A DNA stretch of 64,000 bases from Candidatus Krumholzibacteriota bacterium (GCA_963764625.1 CAVXTH010000009.1:384001-448000), one strand, 5' to 3'; positions 19,559-28,769 are shown, numbered from the stretch's first letter. Program-made: numbers and translations. The notes: generated by a model not told the origin, from the sequence alone.

Positions 19559-20149
19559 ATGCCAACTGTCTTCGCCTGGGAGTTCCTGGTCTTTCCGCTC
19601 GTGGGGGCGGTGATCGGACTGATCACCAACGACATCGCGATCAGGATGCTCTTTCATCCGCATGCTGCCAAGAGGGTGGGACCCTGGCGCCTGCCCTTCA
19701 CTCCGGGGCTGATTCCGGCGCAGCGCGAGACCATCGCCCGCAACATCGCCGAGACCTTCGAAACCAAACTTCTGTCGACGCGAGAGATCCACTCGTTCTT
19801 CACCGGGGAGGACGTGCGCCGCAAGGTCGAAGGCAAGGTCGGCGAGATGCTGCGGAGCCTGGGCCCGCTCGCATCGATGGCGCAGGGCTTCAAACCCATG
19901 ATCGTCGAAAAGCTCCTGCGTGGACTGGAGGAGATGGCCGAGGAGGCGATCGAGCAAGACGGCGGCTTCGACGTCGCCCGCCGCATCGAGAACCGGATCA
20001 ACGAAATGGACATCGCCGCGCTGGAAGAACTCATCCTGGGCTTTTCTCGCAAGCAGTTCCACTACATCACGCTCTTCGGAGGTGTCCTGGGGTTCGTGAT
20101 CGGCTTACTGCAGGCGATTCTCAGTGTCGCGCTTCGGGGAGCGGCCTGA
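19559..20149 (+). CDS. DUF445 family membrane protein
   Basis: GAVIGLITNDIAIRMLFHP, GLIP, and C-terminal LEELI...ITLFGGVLGFVIGLLQ; ATG after GGAGG. Confidence 0.85.
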   Translation: MPTVFAWEFLVFPLVGAVIGLITNDIAIRMLFHPHAAKRVGPWRLPFTPGLIPAQRETIARNIAETFETKLLSTREIHSFFTGEDVRRKVEGKVGEMLRSLGPLASMAQGFKPMIVEKLLRGLEEMAEEAIEQDGGFDVARRIENRINEMDIAALEELILGFSRKQFHYITLFGGVLGFVIGLLQAILSVALRGAA

Positions 20150-20208
20150 ACCGCCAAGTCGTCGACTTCGGATGCGGAGCTCCGTCAACTCCAAGCCCGC
20201 GAGTGCAC

Positions 20209-21939
20209 CTAGGCGCCGCGACCGATTCCCACCTGGTGCAAGAGGCCCCGGGGACCCTGGCGAAACAGCGAACCCAGCAGCAGCGCGACGAAGAGCACGA
20301 CTCCCGCTTTCTGCCACCAATGATAGCTGTACGCCTGGCTGCCCAGTTCGGGCACGCTTGCGGCGAGTCCTGGCACCAAGTTCGCCAGCCACCCCAGCAG
20401 GATGCTGCTCACCGGAACCGTGAGCATGAGGATCCACACCGCCTGCCTGCGGTGTACTCCCTTGATGGCGCCGTAGGTCGTGACGTTCGTGGCGGGACCG
20501 GTGAGCAGAAAGGCCAAAACGGCGCCCACCGAAGCCCCCTTGGCTAGGAAGATCGTGGCGATGGGCGTGGCGCCCGAAGCACATACGTAGAAAGGAGTCG
20601 CGATCAGGCCGAAGATGGGCACCTGGATCAGGTCGGGGATCAGGGCGATCAACCCGTTTCGCAGAATCGGTTCGATGAGGCCGGCCACCAGAATCCCGAC
20701 CAACACCCAGGGACCCAGATCGTCGAAGAGCTCGCGCGCGCCAAAATCGAGAGCTCCTTTGAGGTCGTTGCGGGGGGGCAAGGTGGCGGGATCTTCGGAT
20801 TCGGCAGCTTCGGAGGAGGGCATGAGTCTTCCCGCCACGAGCCCGGCGACCAAGGCCACGAGAAACGCCGCGATGAGCCGTACGATGGTGACGGGGGTGC
20901 CCAACAGGGGGATGGAAATGAGAATCGAGTCGAATCCCAATTCTGGAGTCGCCACCAGGAACGCGGTCGCGGCGGCCGCGGGAACTCCCCGCGCGTGCAG
21001 GCTACGGTAGAGTGGTACCACTCCGCACGAACAGATGGGCAGAGGAATTCCGAAGAGGATTCCCTTGAGCGCGCTCGAGGCCTCGGTGCTTCCCTTCAAC
21101 AGCTGTTTCAGTGAGCGCGCGGGAACCATGGTCATGAAACCCGCGCCGACAAAGCCCAGCACGACCGCGTACGAACTCTCCATGAAGAGATAGCCCATGT
21201 TGGAGAAGCCGCGCTGGAGCACCGGGGGAACCGTGTCGGGCAGGAGAAAGAAGATCAAGAGCGCCAGCACGGTGCCACTCGCTGCCCAAGCGGGGCTGAC
21301 CCGGGCTTCACCGTGTTCGGACTGATGACGATGATCCATGACCACGTGGAGGAGTCCACCGGCGAGCAAAGAGAAAATGATTCCCGAGACCGGTCCCACG
21401 CTCAGAGGGAGCAGGAAGCTGCTCAGAGCGTGCCCGACGAAAGTGGCGCCCGCGATGGCGGCCAGGATGGCCAGCGCGACCTTCGAGCCCAATTGCGGCC
21501 TGACCGACCACCAGATCAACAACCCCACCGGCACGCGATGGAGCAGAATCGCCAGAGGTAGGCTCCAGCCCTCGGTGAGATGCTGGTGCATGCCCTGTTG
21601 ATTGGCGGCCAGCGCCGCTCCGTCGAGCGAGGCATGCAGCACGAGTCCGATGACCGCCAGCCAGAGGATCGAGGAGGATTCGTCGGACTCGTGCCGGTGC
21701 AGCTTCCGCTCGGCGTAGAGCGGGAGAAATGCCCCGATCGCCGCGAAGAGAATGCACCAGGCGCCGATGCTGTCTCGCGCGTAGGGTAGAAGATGGAGAA
21801 GCGCCAAGCCCCCGACCATCACCAGGATGAAGCCGTCGAGCAGCGCATGGAGTTGGGAACGCCGCTGCAGGACACCCGCGATGAGAGGGCCGAAGGACAG
21901 GGCCACGGCCGAGAGAATCAGTGCACTGTGTGCGTCCAT
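20209..21939 (-). CDS. ZIP-like domain fused to DUF318/ArsP-type permease (putative metal transporter)
   Basis: N-half LHASLDGAAL and AILLHRVPVG (ZIP TM4/TM5-like); C-half GIPLPICSCGVVP, FLVATPELG, YVCASGATP, FLLTGPATN. Confidence 0.8.
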   Translation of the reverse strand: MDAHSALILSAVALSFGPLIAGVLQRRSQLHALLDGFILVMVGGLALLHLLPYARDSIGAWCILFAAIGAFLPLYAERKLHRHESDESSSILWLAVIGLVLHASLDGAALAANQQGMHQHLTEGWSLPLAILLHRVPVGLLIWWSVRPQLGSKVALAILAAIAGATFVGHALSSFLLPLSVGPVSGIIFSLLAGGLLHVVMDHRHQSEHGEARVSPAWAASGTVLALLIFFLLPDTVPPVLQRGFSNMGYLFMESSYAVVLGFVGAGFMTMVPARSLKQLLKGSTEASSALKGILFGIPLPICSCGVVPLYRSLHARGVPAAAATAFLVATPELGFDSILISIPLLGTPVTIVRLIAAFLVALVAGLVAGRLMPSSEAAESEDPATLPPRNDLKGALDFGARELFDDLGPWVLVGILVAGLIEPILRNGLIALIPDLIQVPIFGLIATPFYVCASGATPIATIFLAKGASVGAVLAFLLTGPATNVTTYGAIKGVHRRQAVWILMLTVPVSSILLGWLANLVPGLAASVPELGSQAYSYHWWQKAGVVLFVALLLGSLFRQGPRGLLHQVGIGRGA

Positions 21940-22168
21940 GGGTCCCTCGAGCGCCTCAGAGAATGAAACCGAATCGAGGGATCAAGACTAGGTTCAGCCG
22001 CGCGATTTCTCAAGTTCGCGCGTCCTCAGCCGCCCGGCGCGAGGGGCGGCGCCATGCCCGATGCGACCGTGAGACCCCGGTGGCCTGTCCGAATCCGGCG
22101 GCCAGTGCTAGATTCGAGAAGTTCGCCCGTTGGGGGCGATGCACCCGTTTCCTGGAGGTCCGCCGTCA

Positions 22169-23311
22169 ATGCGCTGCGTTTCTGCAATCGTTCTTCTACT
22201 CCTCGTGCCCCTTCTGAGCTCGGTGGCAGGCCTTAGCCTCGCGCAGGATGCCACGGATGAGGTGAAAGCTCCGAGCGCCAATTCGGTCGAGGAGGCCACG
22301 GCGCCAGATGGCATGTACGCGGTGTTTCATACGGATCTCGGGGTCATCGTCTGCAAACTCTTCTTCCAACGGGCCCCTCTGACCGTAGCGAATTTCGTGG
22401 GCCTCGCTGAAGGAACCCGAGAGACCATCGATCCCGTGACCAGGGAAACGGTGAAGAAGCCCTTTTACGACGGACTGCTCTTCCACCGGGTAGTGGGGGG
22501 TCTTTTGATCCAATGTGGCGATCCCACCGGGCATGGCACGGGGGGACCAGGCTACCGCTTTCGCGACGAATTCGATCCGGGCCTCCGTCACGATCGTCCC
22601 GGCGTACTCTCGATGGCCAACAGCGGGCCGAATACGAACGGCAGCCAGTTCTTCATCACCGAAACGAGGGTTCTGTCCTTCGACCGAAAGTACAGTGTCT
22701 TCGGGCGGGTCGTGCTGGGATTGGACGTCGTGTCCGCGATTTCTTCGGTTCCCACCGATCAAGAGCAACCCAAAGAGGATGTTCATCTGCGGACTCTCGA
22801 AATCGTGCGCCGGGGAAAGGAAGCGCAGAACTTCGATGCCGAGGCGGTCTTTGCGCACCTCAAGGATCTCGATGCGGCCCAACTTGCGCAGCTGCATTCC
22901 AAGCAATTTCACCAGAAAGTCGATCCGCTGCGCAAGAGGGCTCGCGAGCAGGAGGATGGCAGCCGGGTGGTCAAGACGCGTAAAGGAAGTGGGCTCCAAC
23001 CGCACGAAGGGGAGTCGATCGTCACGAACTACGTCTGCTACTTGCCCGATGGAAGTCAGGTGGAATCGACCTACCGGGATGAAACTCCGAAGGTCCTCGT
23101 CGCGGGCAGGCCGCGCAGGGGACTCGATTGGGAGCGGAACTTCCTGGACATGAAAGTGGGAGAAGAGCGCTGGGTGTTCTTGCCCGCGAAGCTCGCGTTC
23201 GGTAACCGTGGAATTCCGGGGGTCGTTCCCCCGGGCACTCCCCTCATTTTCCAACTCGAACTGGTCTCGATCGGAAGTGATGTCCCTCCGAGTGATCCGC
23301 AAGCCGAGTGA
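22169..23311 (+). CDS. Exported dual-family peptidyl-prolyl isomerase (cyclophilin + FKBP)
   Basis: Signal peptide; APLTVANFVGLAEG, FHRV, QCGDP.G.G.GGPGY, SMANSGPNTNGSQFFIT; C-terminal MKVGE...P.LAFG.RG.PGVVPP..PLIF. Confidence 0.88.
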   Translation: MRCVSAIVLLLLVPLLSSVAGLSLAQDATDEVKAPSANSVEEATAPDGMYAVFHTDLGVIVCKLFFQRAPLTVANFVGLAEGTRETIDPVTRETVKKPFYDGLLFHRVVGGLLIQCGDPTGHGTGGPGYRFRDEFDPGLRHDRPGVLSMANSGPNTNGSQFFITETRVLSFDRKYSVFGRVVLGLDVVSAISSVPTDQEQPKEDVHLRTLEIVRRGKEAQNFDAEAVFAHLKDLDAAQLAQLHSKQFHQKVDPLRKRAREQEDGSRVVKTRKGSGLQPHEGESIVTNYVCYLPDGSQVESTYRDETPKVLVAGRPRRGLDWERNFLDMKVGEERWVFLPAKLAFGNRGIPGVVPPGTPLIFQLELVSIGSDVPPSDPQAE

Positions 23312-23552
23312 GGCAGCCGCCCCGGAGGGAAGGAAATGTGTCCGGCACCCACGGCGATCTCGCAAAATCGCTTGCCCTCAGAGCTCAATTGAGTTATTTC
23401 CGGCACTTACAGAGCACGGGTCGCAATGGGACCCATCTCCATCACGGTGCCACGCACCAAGGGTGGGACTTCCCTCGGACTCGTTGTCGATCGTGAAGGA
23501 TCGGTGTGATGCCGGTACCTCGTTTGACAATCAAAACCCAAGGAGGCCCACT

Positions 23553-23816
23553 GTGGCCAAGAAGAAGACTGCCGCCAAGAGGAAGCCCGCCGCGAAGAAA
23601 ACCACGAGAAAGAAGGCTGCGGCCAAGAAGTCCGCCATGGAGATGCTGCTCGTGGGAAGCAAGACCAAGGTTGCGCTCAAGAAGTACGGGGTCAACGTAG
23701 CTGGAGACGCCCTGGATGGTCTCAACGGTGTGCTCTACTGGTACGTCGAGCAGGCTGCCAAGCGCGCCAAGGCGAATGGCCGCAAGACGGTGCGTGCCCA
23801 CGATTTCACGGTGTGA
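23553..23816 (+). CDS. Bacterial histone-fold protein (Bd0055-like) with Lys/Ala-rich N-terminal tail
   Basis: AGGAGG 6 nt before GTG; 87 aa: MAKKKTAAKRKPAAKKTTRKKAAAKKSA-MEMLLVGSKTKVALKKYGVNVAGDALDGLNGVLYWYVEQAAKRAKANGRKTVRAHDFTV; histone L2 motif RKTVxxxD. Confidence 0.88.
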   Translation: MAKKKTAAKRKPAAKKTTRKKAAAKKSAMEMLLVGSKTKVALKKYGVNVAGDALDGLNGVLYWYVEQAAKRAKANGRKTVRAHDFTV

Positions 23817-23890
23817 TGTAGAAAGCCCCAAGCTTGTTCGCCGCGACGCGAGCGCCTTCCCCTTGGCACATCCCGTCGCAGCGAAACACA

Positions 23891-23918
23891 AGAGGCCGTT
23901 CCTGAGGGAGCGGCCTCT
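23891..23918. terminator. Hairpin between convergent genes, possible bidirectional terminator
   Basis: AGAGGCCGTTCC-TGAG-GGAGCGGCCTCT, 12-bp stem with one G-U pair; weak U tract. Confidence 0.5.
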
Positions 23919-23942
23919 GCGCTTATGGAATCATCGCGGTCC

Positions 23943-24629
23943 TCACTTCAGGAGTCCCGCTTCGCTGAATTGCGGCAACCCTCCGTGCATTAAAAACCAG
24001 ATGAGGTAGAGCAAGAGCGCGAGCAGATACCCCGATGCGAAGAAGACGGACATCGCGTCCCGCTTGCGTCTTTTCCACTTCGCTCCAATCCATGTCACGA
24101 TCGATAGTGCGGCGAGAATTCCAAGCGCCGGCGTTTGCCCTTCCACCGTGACGGCGAAAAAGCTGAAACCGTAGGGCACTCCGCTCACGGCGCACGCGAA
24201 GGGTGAGACCCTCGCGTTCCCCACTGGTCCCCGCAGGAGGATGAGCGAGAGCGAGATGATCGCGCAGTGCCAGATGATGTGACTCAGATGTTCGTCCAGG
24301 AAGTAGTCGAGGCGCCACGCGGGAGTGGCCCCTTGGGGGTCGATGAGATGTCCCAGCGCGTTCGCGGCCAAATGAAGCGAGTGTCCTTCGATCCAGGCGG
24401 CCGAGAGAACCAGGAACAGAATCATCTTGGGCCAGCCCGGCCATCCGCCGTGACGGTGCCACAGGAGCAAAGCGTAGAGTGGCAAGAGTACGAGGGGGGT
24501 GAGGAGATCGAGGAGATCTCCCACGCGCAACAGACCCTCCGGCGGGGCGGAGTGCACCAAATACGCCGGGCTCAACAGGAAAAGAGTGAAGCTGATGGAG
24601 AACAGGATGAGACTGCTAGAGAGTTTCAC
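23943..24629 (-). CDS. Polytopic membrane protein with CLN6-like motifs
   Basis: About 7 hydrophobic segments; motifs VGD..LLTP, GHSLHLAANALGH, YFLDEHLSHIIW, TVEGQ. Confidence 0.65.
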   Translation of the reverse strand: MKLSSSLILFSISFTLFLLSPAYLVHSAPPEGLLRVGDLLDLLTPLVLLPLYALLLWHRHGGWPGWPKMILFLVLSAAWIEGHSLHLAANALGHLIDPQGATPAWRLDYFLDEHLSHIIWHCAIISLSLILLRGPVGNARVSPFACAVSGVPYGFSFFAVTVEGQTPALGILAALSIVTWIGAKWKRRKRDAMSVFFASGYLLALLLYLIWFLMHGGLPQFSEAGLLK

Positions 24630-24767
24630 GACCGCTTCCTCGGCTGTGGGCAGTCGAGCATGCCGTCACGTGGAGTTTCGCGCAAGCGCCGGCTCGTCTT
24701 GCTCACGGAGAGGGAAAGATTTACGCTTCGCGCCGAGCTCTTTTCGAAAGCCGAGGGATCATTCTTC

Positions 24768-27395
24768 ATGCGACTCTTCCACCTCCGATCGCTGGTGCTC
24801 ACTCTCATCGGTCTTCTTCTCGTCTTCATCGCGACGAGTCCGGCGCGGGCCGCCAAGCTCGACGGGCTTCCCGACTATGCCTCGGAGTCGAGCTGGCTTC
24901 TGAGTCCGCCGGGGATGGCCTCCAGTTTGGCGGCGGGGCTCTTCAATCCCGCGGCGTTCGGCGTCGCGCCCCAACCCGGTCTCTACTTCGGTTGGCGTAG
25001 CAACGACGAGCTGCCGGTGAGTCCGCTGCATCAGCCGCTTCTTTTGAAATCGAACGACCTGGCCGCAGTGGTCTCCTTACCGCTCCTGAGCTTCGCTTAC
25101 CGACGCTTCGACTTCGAGGGAGCGGCCTCGGGTTCCCCGCTGCTCCAGGGGATCAGCGCCGACCGTCCCACTGTGAACGAATATTCCCTCGCCTTCAGCG
25201 GAGGCGATCGCTCGCATGCTCTCGGCCTTTCCTACTCCTGGTCGGGCGGAGACCGCGAAGCGATGCCGCGTCACCGTCGCCTCAGCGCCGGAATGATCGA
25301 GCGGAGGAGATTTCTCTCGTGGGGGCTCAATGGGGATTGGGATGTGGAGAACGGAGACCTCGCCGGTCAGACCGATCTGGGGATTCGGCCTTTCGGAGCG
25401 TCTTGGACTCTCTTCGGTGAGCTCAGCGCGCGCCCCGATGATTCCGACCGCGTCGGCTGGAGGGGCGGTTTCGGTCTGGAGAGTCAATTCGTGCCCGGCC
25501 TGCGTGCCAGCGTACGCTACCGGGACGGCGGTACCTTCGGGCTGGGACTCGCGCTCGTCTTCGGAGGCGGAACGCGGGCCAGTTCGATCACGCAGCTCAA
25601 TTCGGATCGCGTCGTGCAAAGAGTCAGTTCGATCCAACTCGGATCGGTGGTCGATGCGCCACTCGATTTGCATCCCGGGAAGCGCAGCCGCGGCTCCACC
25701 GTCGAATTGTCTCTGAAGGGGCCGATGCCCTATCGCCACTATCGTTTCTTTGACGATCGTCAGACTCTTCTAGCCACCCTGTCGCGCATTTCCGCCTGGG
25801 CCGACGATCCGCAGGTGAAGCGTCTGGTTCTGAATCTCTCCGGAATGCGCATCAGCGGCGCGATGCTCTGGGAGCTGCGGCAACAATTGGACGGGTTCCG
25901 CGCGCGCGGGAAAACCGTCGTGGTCTACGCCGACCGCCTGACGCTCTTGGGAACGATGCTGGCGAGCGGCGCGGACGAGGTCTGGCTCGATCCTCAGGGA
26001 GATCTGGATCTGCGCGGACTCAGCTGGGGGAGGACCTACTATCGCAACGCGCTCAAGAAACTGGGTCTCGGCGTCGACGCCTGGCGCTACTTCTCTTACA
26101 AGTCGGCCTTCGAGGTGCTCTCCCGCAGCTCCCAGAGTGAGGCGGATTCCCTGCAACGGCAGGTACTCATCGACGACTACTACGAGGAGGCGCGGGCCGA
26201 GATCTGTTCGGCGCGCGGCCTGAGCCCCGAAGACTTCGACCACATCGTCGACACGCGCGGATATCTGCCCGCGCGCGAGGCCCTGACTCTGCACCTGGTC
26301 GACAAGGTGGGAAGCTACGAGGAGGCGCGGAAGGGCAAGAAGGAAGGGGACGACTCCAGCTTTGCCGCGAAGGGGCGAGAGAGCCACCTGGCCAAGGCGC
26401 CTTCGATCGACGGGCTCTTGGGCGATCCTCGCTTCAGGCGAGCCGAATGGGGTGAGCCGGCCAAGATCGCCGTTCTCTACGCCATCGGCGAGTGCGCGAT
26501 GGACACCGGAATCGAGGGACGTCGATTGAGCGCCGAGATCAAGCGGGCGCGCGAAAACCCCGAGATCAAGGCGGTGGTGCTGCGGGTCGACTCGCCGGGA
26601 GGAGATCCGCTTCCCAGCGACATGGTCGCCCGCGAGATGCTCGAGACGATGAAAGTGAAGCCGGTCGTCGTCAGCCAGGGCAACGTCGCCGCGTCGGGTG
26701 GGTACTGGATCAGCATGTACTGCGATTCACTTGTCGCCTCTCCCTTCACCCTCACCGGCAGCATCGGGGTCATCGGAGGCTGGATCTACGATCGCGGGTT
26801 CTCTCAAAAAATCGGCTTCGACTACAGCCAGGTGCAGCGAGGAGCCCACGCCGACATGGGGGGGGGCATCCGCCTTCCCTTCCTTCAGGTCACGGTGCCG
26901 CACCGTCCCCTGGACGAGGAAGAGCACCGACGCGTGGAGAAGATCATCCGCGGGATGTACGGCGACTTCGTGGCCCAGGTGGCCAAGGGAAGGGGGCTGA
27001 GCGAGGCGCACGTGGATTCGGTGGGGCAGGGGCGGGTGTGGAGTGGAACCCGCGGCAAGGAAAACGGGCTCGTCGACGAGATCGGTGGGTTGTGGCACGC
27101 GCTGCAGATCGCCAAGACCTTGGCTCACCTCCCCGATGGACGCGCGGTGGAGCTGGCGGAGGGACCGCAGCTCGGGACCTTCAACTGGGACGCTCTCAAG
27201 CCGAAGTTTCTGTCGTCTCCGGTGGAAGAGGGAATCGCGTTCGATCCGCTCTCCGGCGCTCCGCGGCAGCGCTTGGGCCCCTGGATGGGGCTGAGTGAGG
27301 AAGAGCTGCGATTCCTGTGCGCCGTGTTCCGCGAGCCGGGACGGCCGGTGTTGCGCGCCGATCCCATCGAGATCCACGACGGCGGGACTCCCTAG
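24768..27395 (+). CDS. sppA: Signal peptide peptidase SppA (S49, tandem domains) with N-terminal beta-barrel-like extension
   Basis: YKSA (Lys), LRVDSPGG, AASGGY (Ser), TLTGSIGV, GRVWSG, GLVDEIGG; cleavable signal peptide plus ~290-aa beta-rich N-domain containing FNPAA. Confidence 0.85.
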   Translation: MRLFHLRSLVLTLIGLLLVFIATSPARAAKLDGLPDYASESSWLLSPPGMASSLAAGLFNPAAFGVAPQPGLYFGWRSNDELPVSPLHQPLLLKSNDLAAVVSLPLLSFAYRRFDFEGAASGSPLLQGISADRPTVNEYSLAFSGGDRSHALGLSYSWSGGDREAMPRHRRLSAGMIERRRFLSWGLNGDWDVENGDLAGQTDLGIRPFGASWTLFGELSARPDDSDRVGWRGGFGLESQFVPGLRASVRYRDGGTFGLGLALVFGGGTRASSITQLNSDRVVQRVSSIQLGSVVDAPLDLHPGKRSRGSTVELSLKGPMPYRHYRFFDDRQTLLATLSRISAWADDPQVKRLVLNLSGMRISGAMLWELRQQLDGFRARGKTVVVYADRLTLLGTMLASGADEVWLDPQGDLDLRGLSWGRTYYRNALKKLGLGVDAWRYFSYKSAFEVLSRSSQSEADSLQRQVLIDDYYEEARAEICSARGLSPEDFDHIVDTRGYLPAREALTLHLVDKVGSYEEARKGKKEGDDSSFAAKGRESHLAKAPSIDGLLGDPRFRRAEWGEPAKIAVLYAIGECAMDTGIEGRRLSAEIKRARENPEIKAVVLRVDSPGGDPLPSDMVAREMLETMKVKPVVVSQGNVAASGGYWISMYCDSLVASPFTLTGSIGVIGGWIYDRGFSQKIGFDYSQVQRGAHADMGGGIRLPFLQVTVPHRPLDEEEHRRVEKIIRGMYGDFVAQVAKGRGLSEAHVDSVGQGRVWSGTRGKENGLVDEIGGLWHALQIAKTLAHLPDGRAVELAEGPQLGTFNWDALKPKFLSSPVEEGIAFDPLSGAPRQRLGPWMGLSEEELRFLCAVFREPGRPVLRADPIEIHDGGTP

Positions 27396-27492
27396 TCCGG
27401 GACCGGAGCGAGCCACGCTCGCTGGATCGAGGCCGAACGGCGCGAAATTAGTAGACTGTGACTGCATTTTCCCTCGCAGGAAGGTCGCCACC

Positions 27493-28746
27493 GTGTCCTC
27501 GCGCCGTCCATCCTCCGGTCTCTCTTTCCTCGACCTCGTTGCGTGCCTCTTGCTGGGCGCTGTTCTGACCTTCGGCTCGCTCGGGGGGTGTGGCGGCGCC
27601 GACTCTCCCGCCGCGCCACCGCCGACCAAGAGCTACGAGTACGAGCTTCAGAGAGTCTATCCGGCGGTGGCCTTCGAGAATCCCGTCGATTTGAGCTGGG
27701 CCAACGACCACAGCGGACGCCTCTTCGTGGTGGAGAAACGGGGCAGAATTTTGGCCCTCGATCCCGCCGATTCGCTCCACGCCAGCGTCTTTCTGGACAT
27801 CTCCGACAGCGTCTACAGTCAGTCGGCCGAGATGGGGCTCTTGGGCTTGGCCTTTCGCCCCGACTTCGCGACCTCTCGCTGGTTTTACGGCTACTACACC
27901 GTCTCGGACGCATCGGGCTATCACAGCCGCCTCTCTCGCTTCACGGCGGCCGCTGACGGACTCAGCGCGCCTCCCTCCAGCGAAGTCGTACTCCGGCAGT
28001 TCGACGAGCCCTACGTCAATCACAACGGTGGTGGGATGTGCTTCGGCCAGGGAACCCAACTCTACCTGGGTGTGGGCGACGGCGGCTATGGGGGAGACCC
28101 GACGAATTCAGCCCAGGATCGTTCGCGGTATCTCGGCAAGATTCTGCGGCTCGACGTGGGCAGCAACGAGACCACGCCACCCTACTACGCGATCCCCTCG
28201 GACAACCCCTTTCGCGGCAACTCGCAGGGCTTCAAGGAGGAGATCTTTGCCTACGGATTGCGCAACCCGTGGCGCATCTCCTTCGACGATGCGACGGGGG
28301 AGTTGTGGGCGGGGGAAGTGGGACAGGCTCAGTGGGAGGAAGTCGACCGTATCATGGCGGGCGGCAACTACGGCTGGGATTGCCGCGAGGGAGCCCATGA
28401 CTATCTGGGGCCTCCCGACGGCCCCTCGCCGGTGTGCTCCTCGGCCGGTCCCTTCCTCGACCCCCTCTACGAGTACCCGCACACCGAAGGCAACACCGCG
28501 ATCACGGGAGGCTACGTGGTGCGTGGCCCCGGCTTGAGCTCGCTGCAGGGTCGCTATGTGTTCGGTGACTATTCCTCGGGGCGCATCTGGGCCGTGAGCC
28601 ATGACGGCAGCGAAGTGCAGAAGCTCCTCGACGCGTCGTTTCCGATCTCTTCGTTCGGAGTGGACGAGAACGGCGCCCTCTACGTGGTGGAATACGCGAC
28701 CCAGGGCGGAATCTACCGCCTGGTGGAAAAAGAGACCACGCCCTGA
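27493..28746 (+). CDS. PQQ-dependent sugar dehydrogenase family (GSDH) lipoprotein
   Basis: Lipobox LGG-C; EMGLLGLAF.P, NHNGG, LYLGVGDGG, GKILR, AYGLRNPWR, GGNYGW. Confidence 0.88.
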   Translation: MSSRRPSSGLSFLDLVACLLLGAVLTFGSLGGCGGADSPAAPPPTKSYEYELQRVYPAVAFENPVDLSWANDHSGRLFVVEKRGRILALDPADSLHASVFLDISDSVYSQSAEMGLLGLAFRPDFATSRWFYGYYTVSDASGYHSRLSRFTAAADGLSAPPSSEVVLRQFDEPYVNHNGGGMCFGQGTQLYLGVGDGGYGGDPTNSAQDRSRYLGKILRLDVGSNETTPPYYAIPSDNPFRGNSQGFKEEIFAYGLRNPWRISFDDATGELWAGEVGQAQWEEVDRIMAGGNYGWDCREGAHDYLGPPDGPSPVCSSAGPFLDPLYEYPHTEGNTAITGGYVVRGPGLSSLQGRYVFGDYSSGRIWAVSHDGSEVQKLLDASFPISSFGVDENGALYVVEYATQGGIYRLVEKETTP

Positions 28747-28769
28747 ACCGCCTCCGCCTGGCGCGAATC

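Noticed and set aside
23208-23552. N-terminal extension of the 202-aa ORF containing the histone
   Set aside because: Overlaps the PPIase 3' end; the strong SD points to the GTG at 23553
24267-24767. Extra 167 aa at the start of the 1042-aa SppA ORF
   Set aside because: Overlaps the opposite-strand membrane protein gene; the signal peptide begins at ATG 24768
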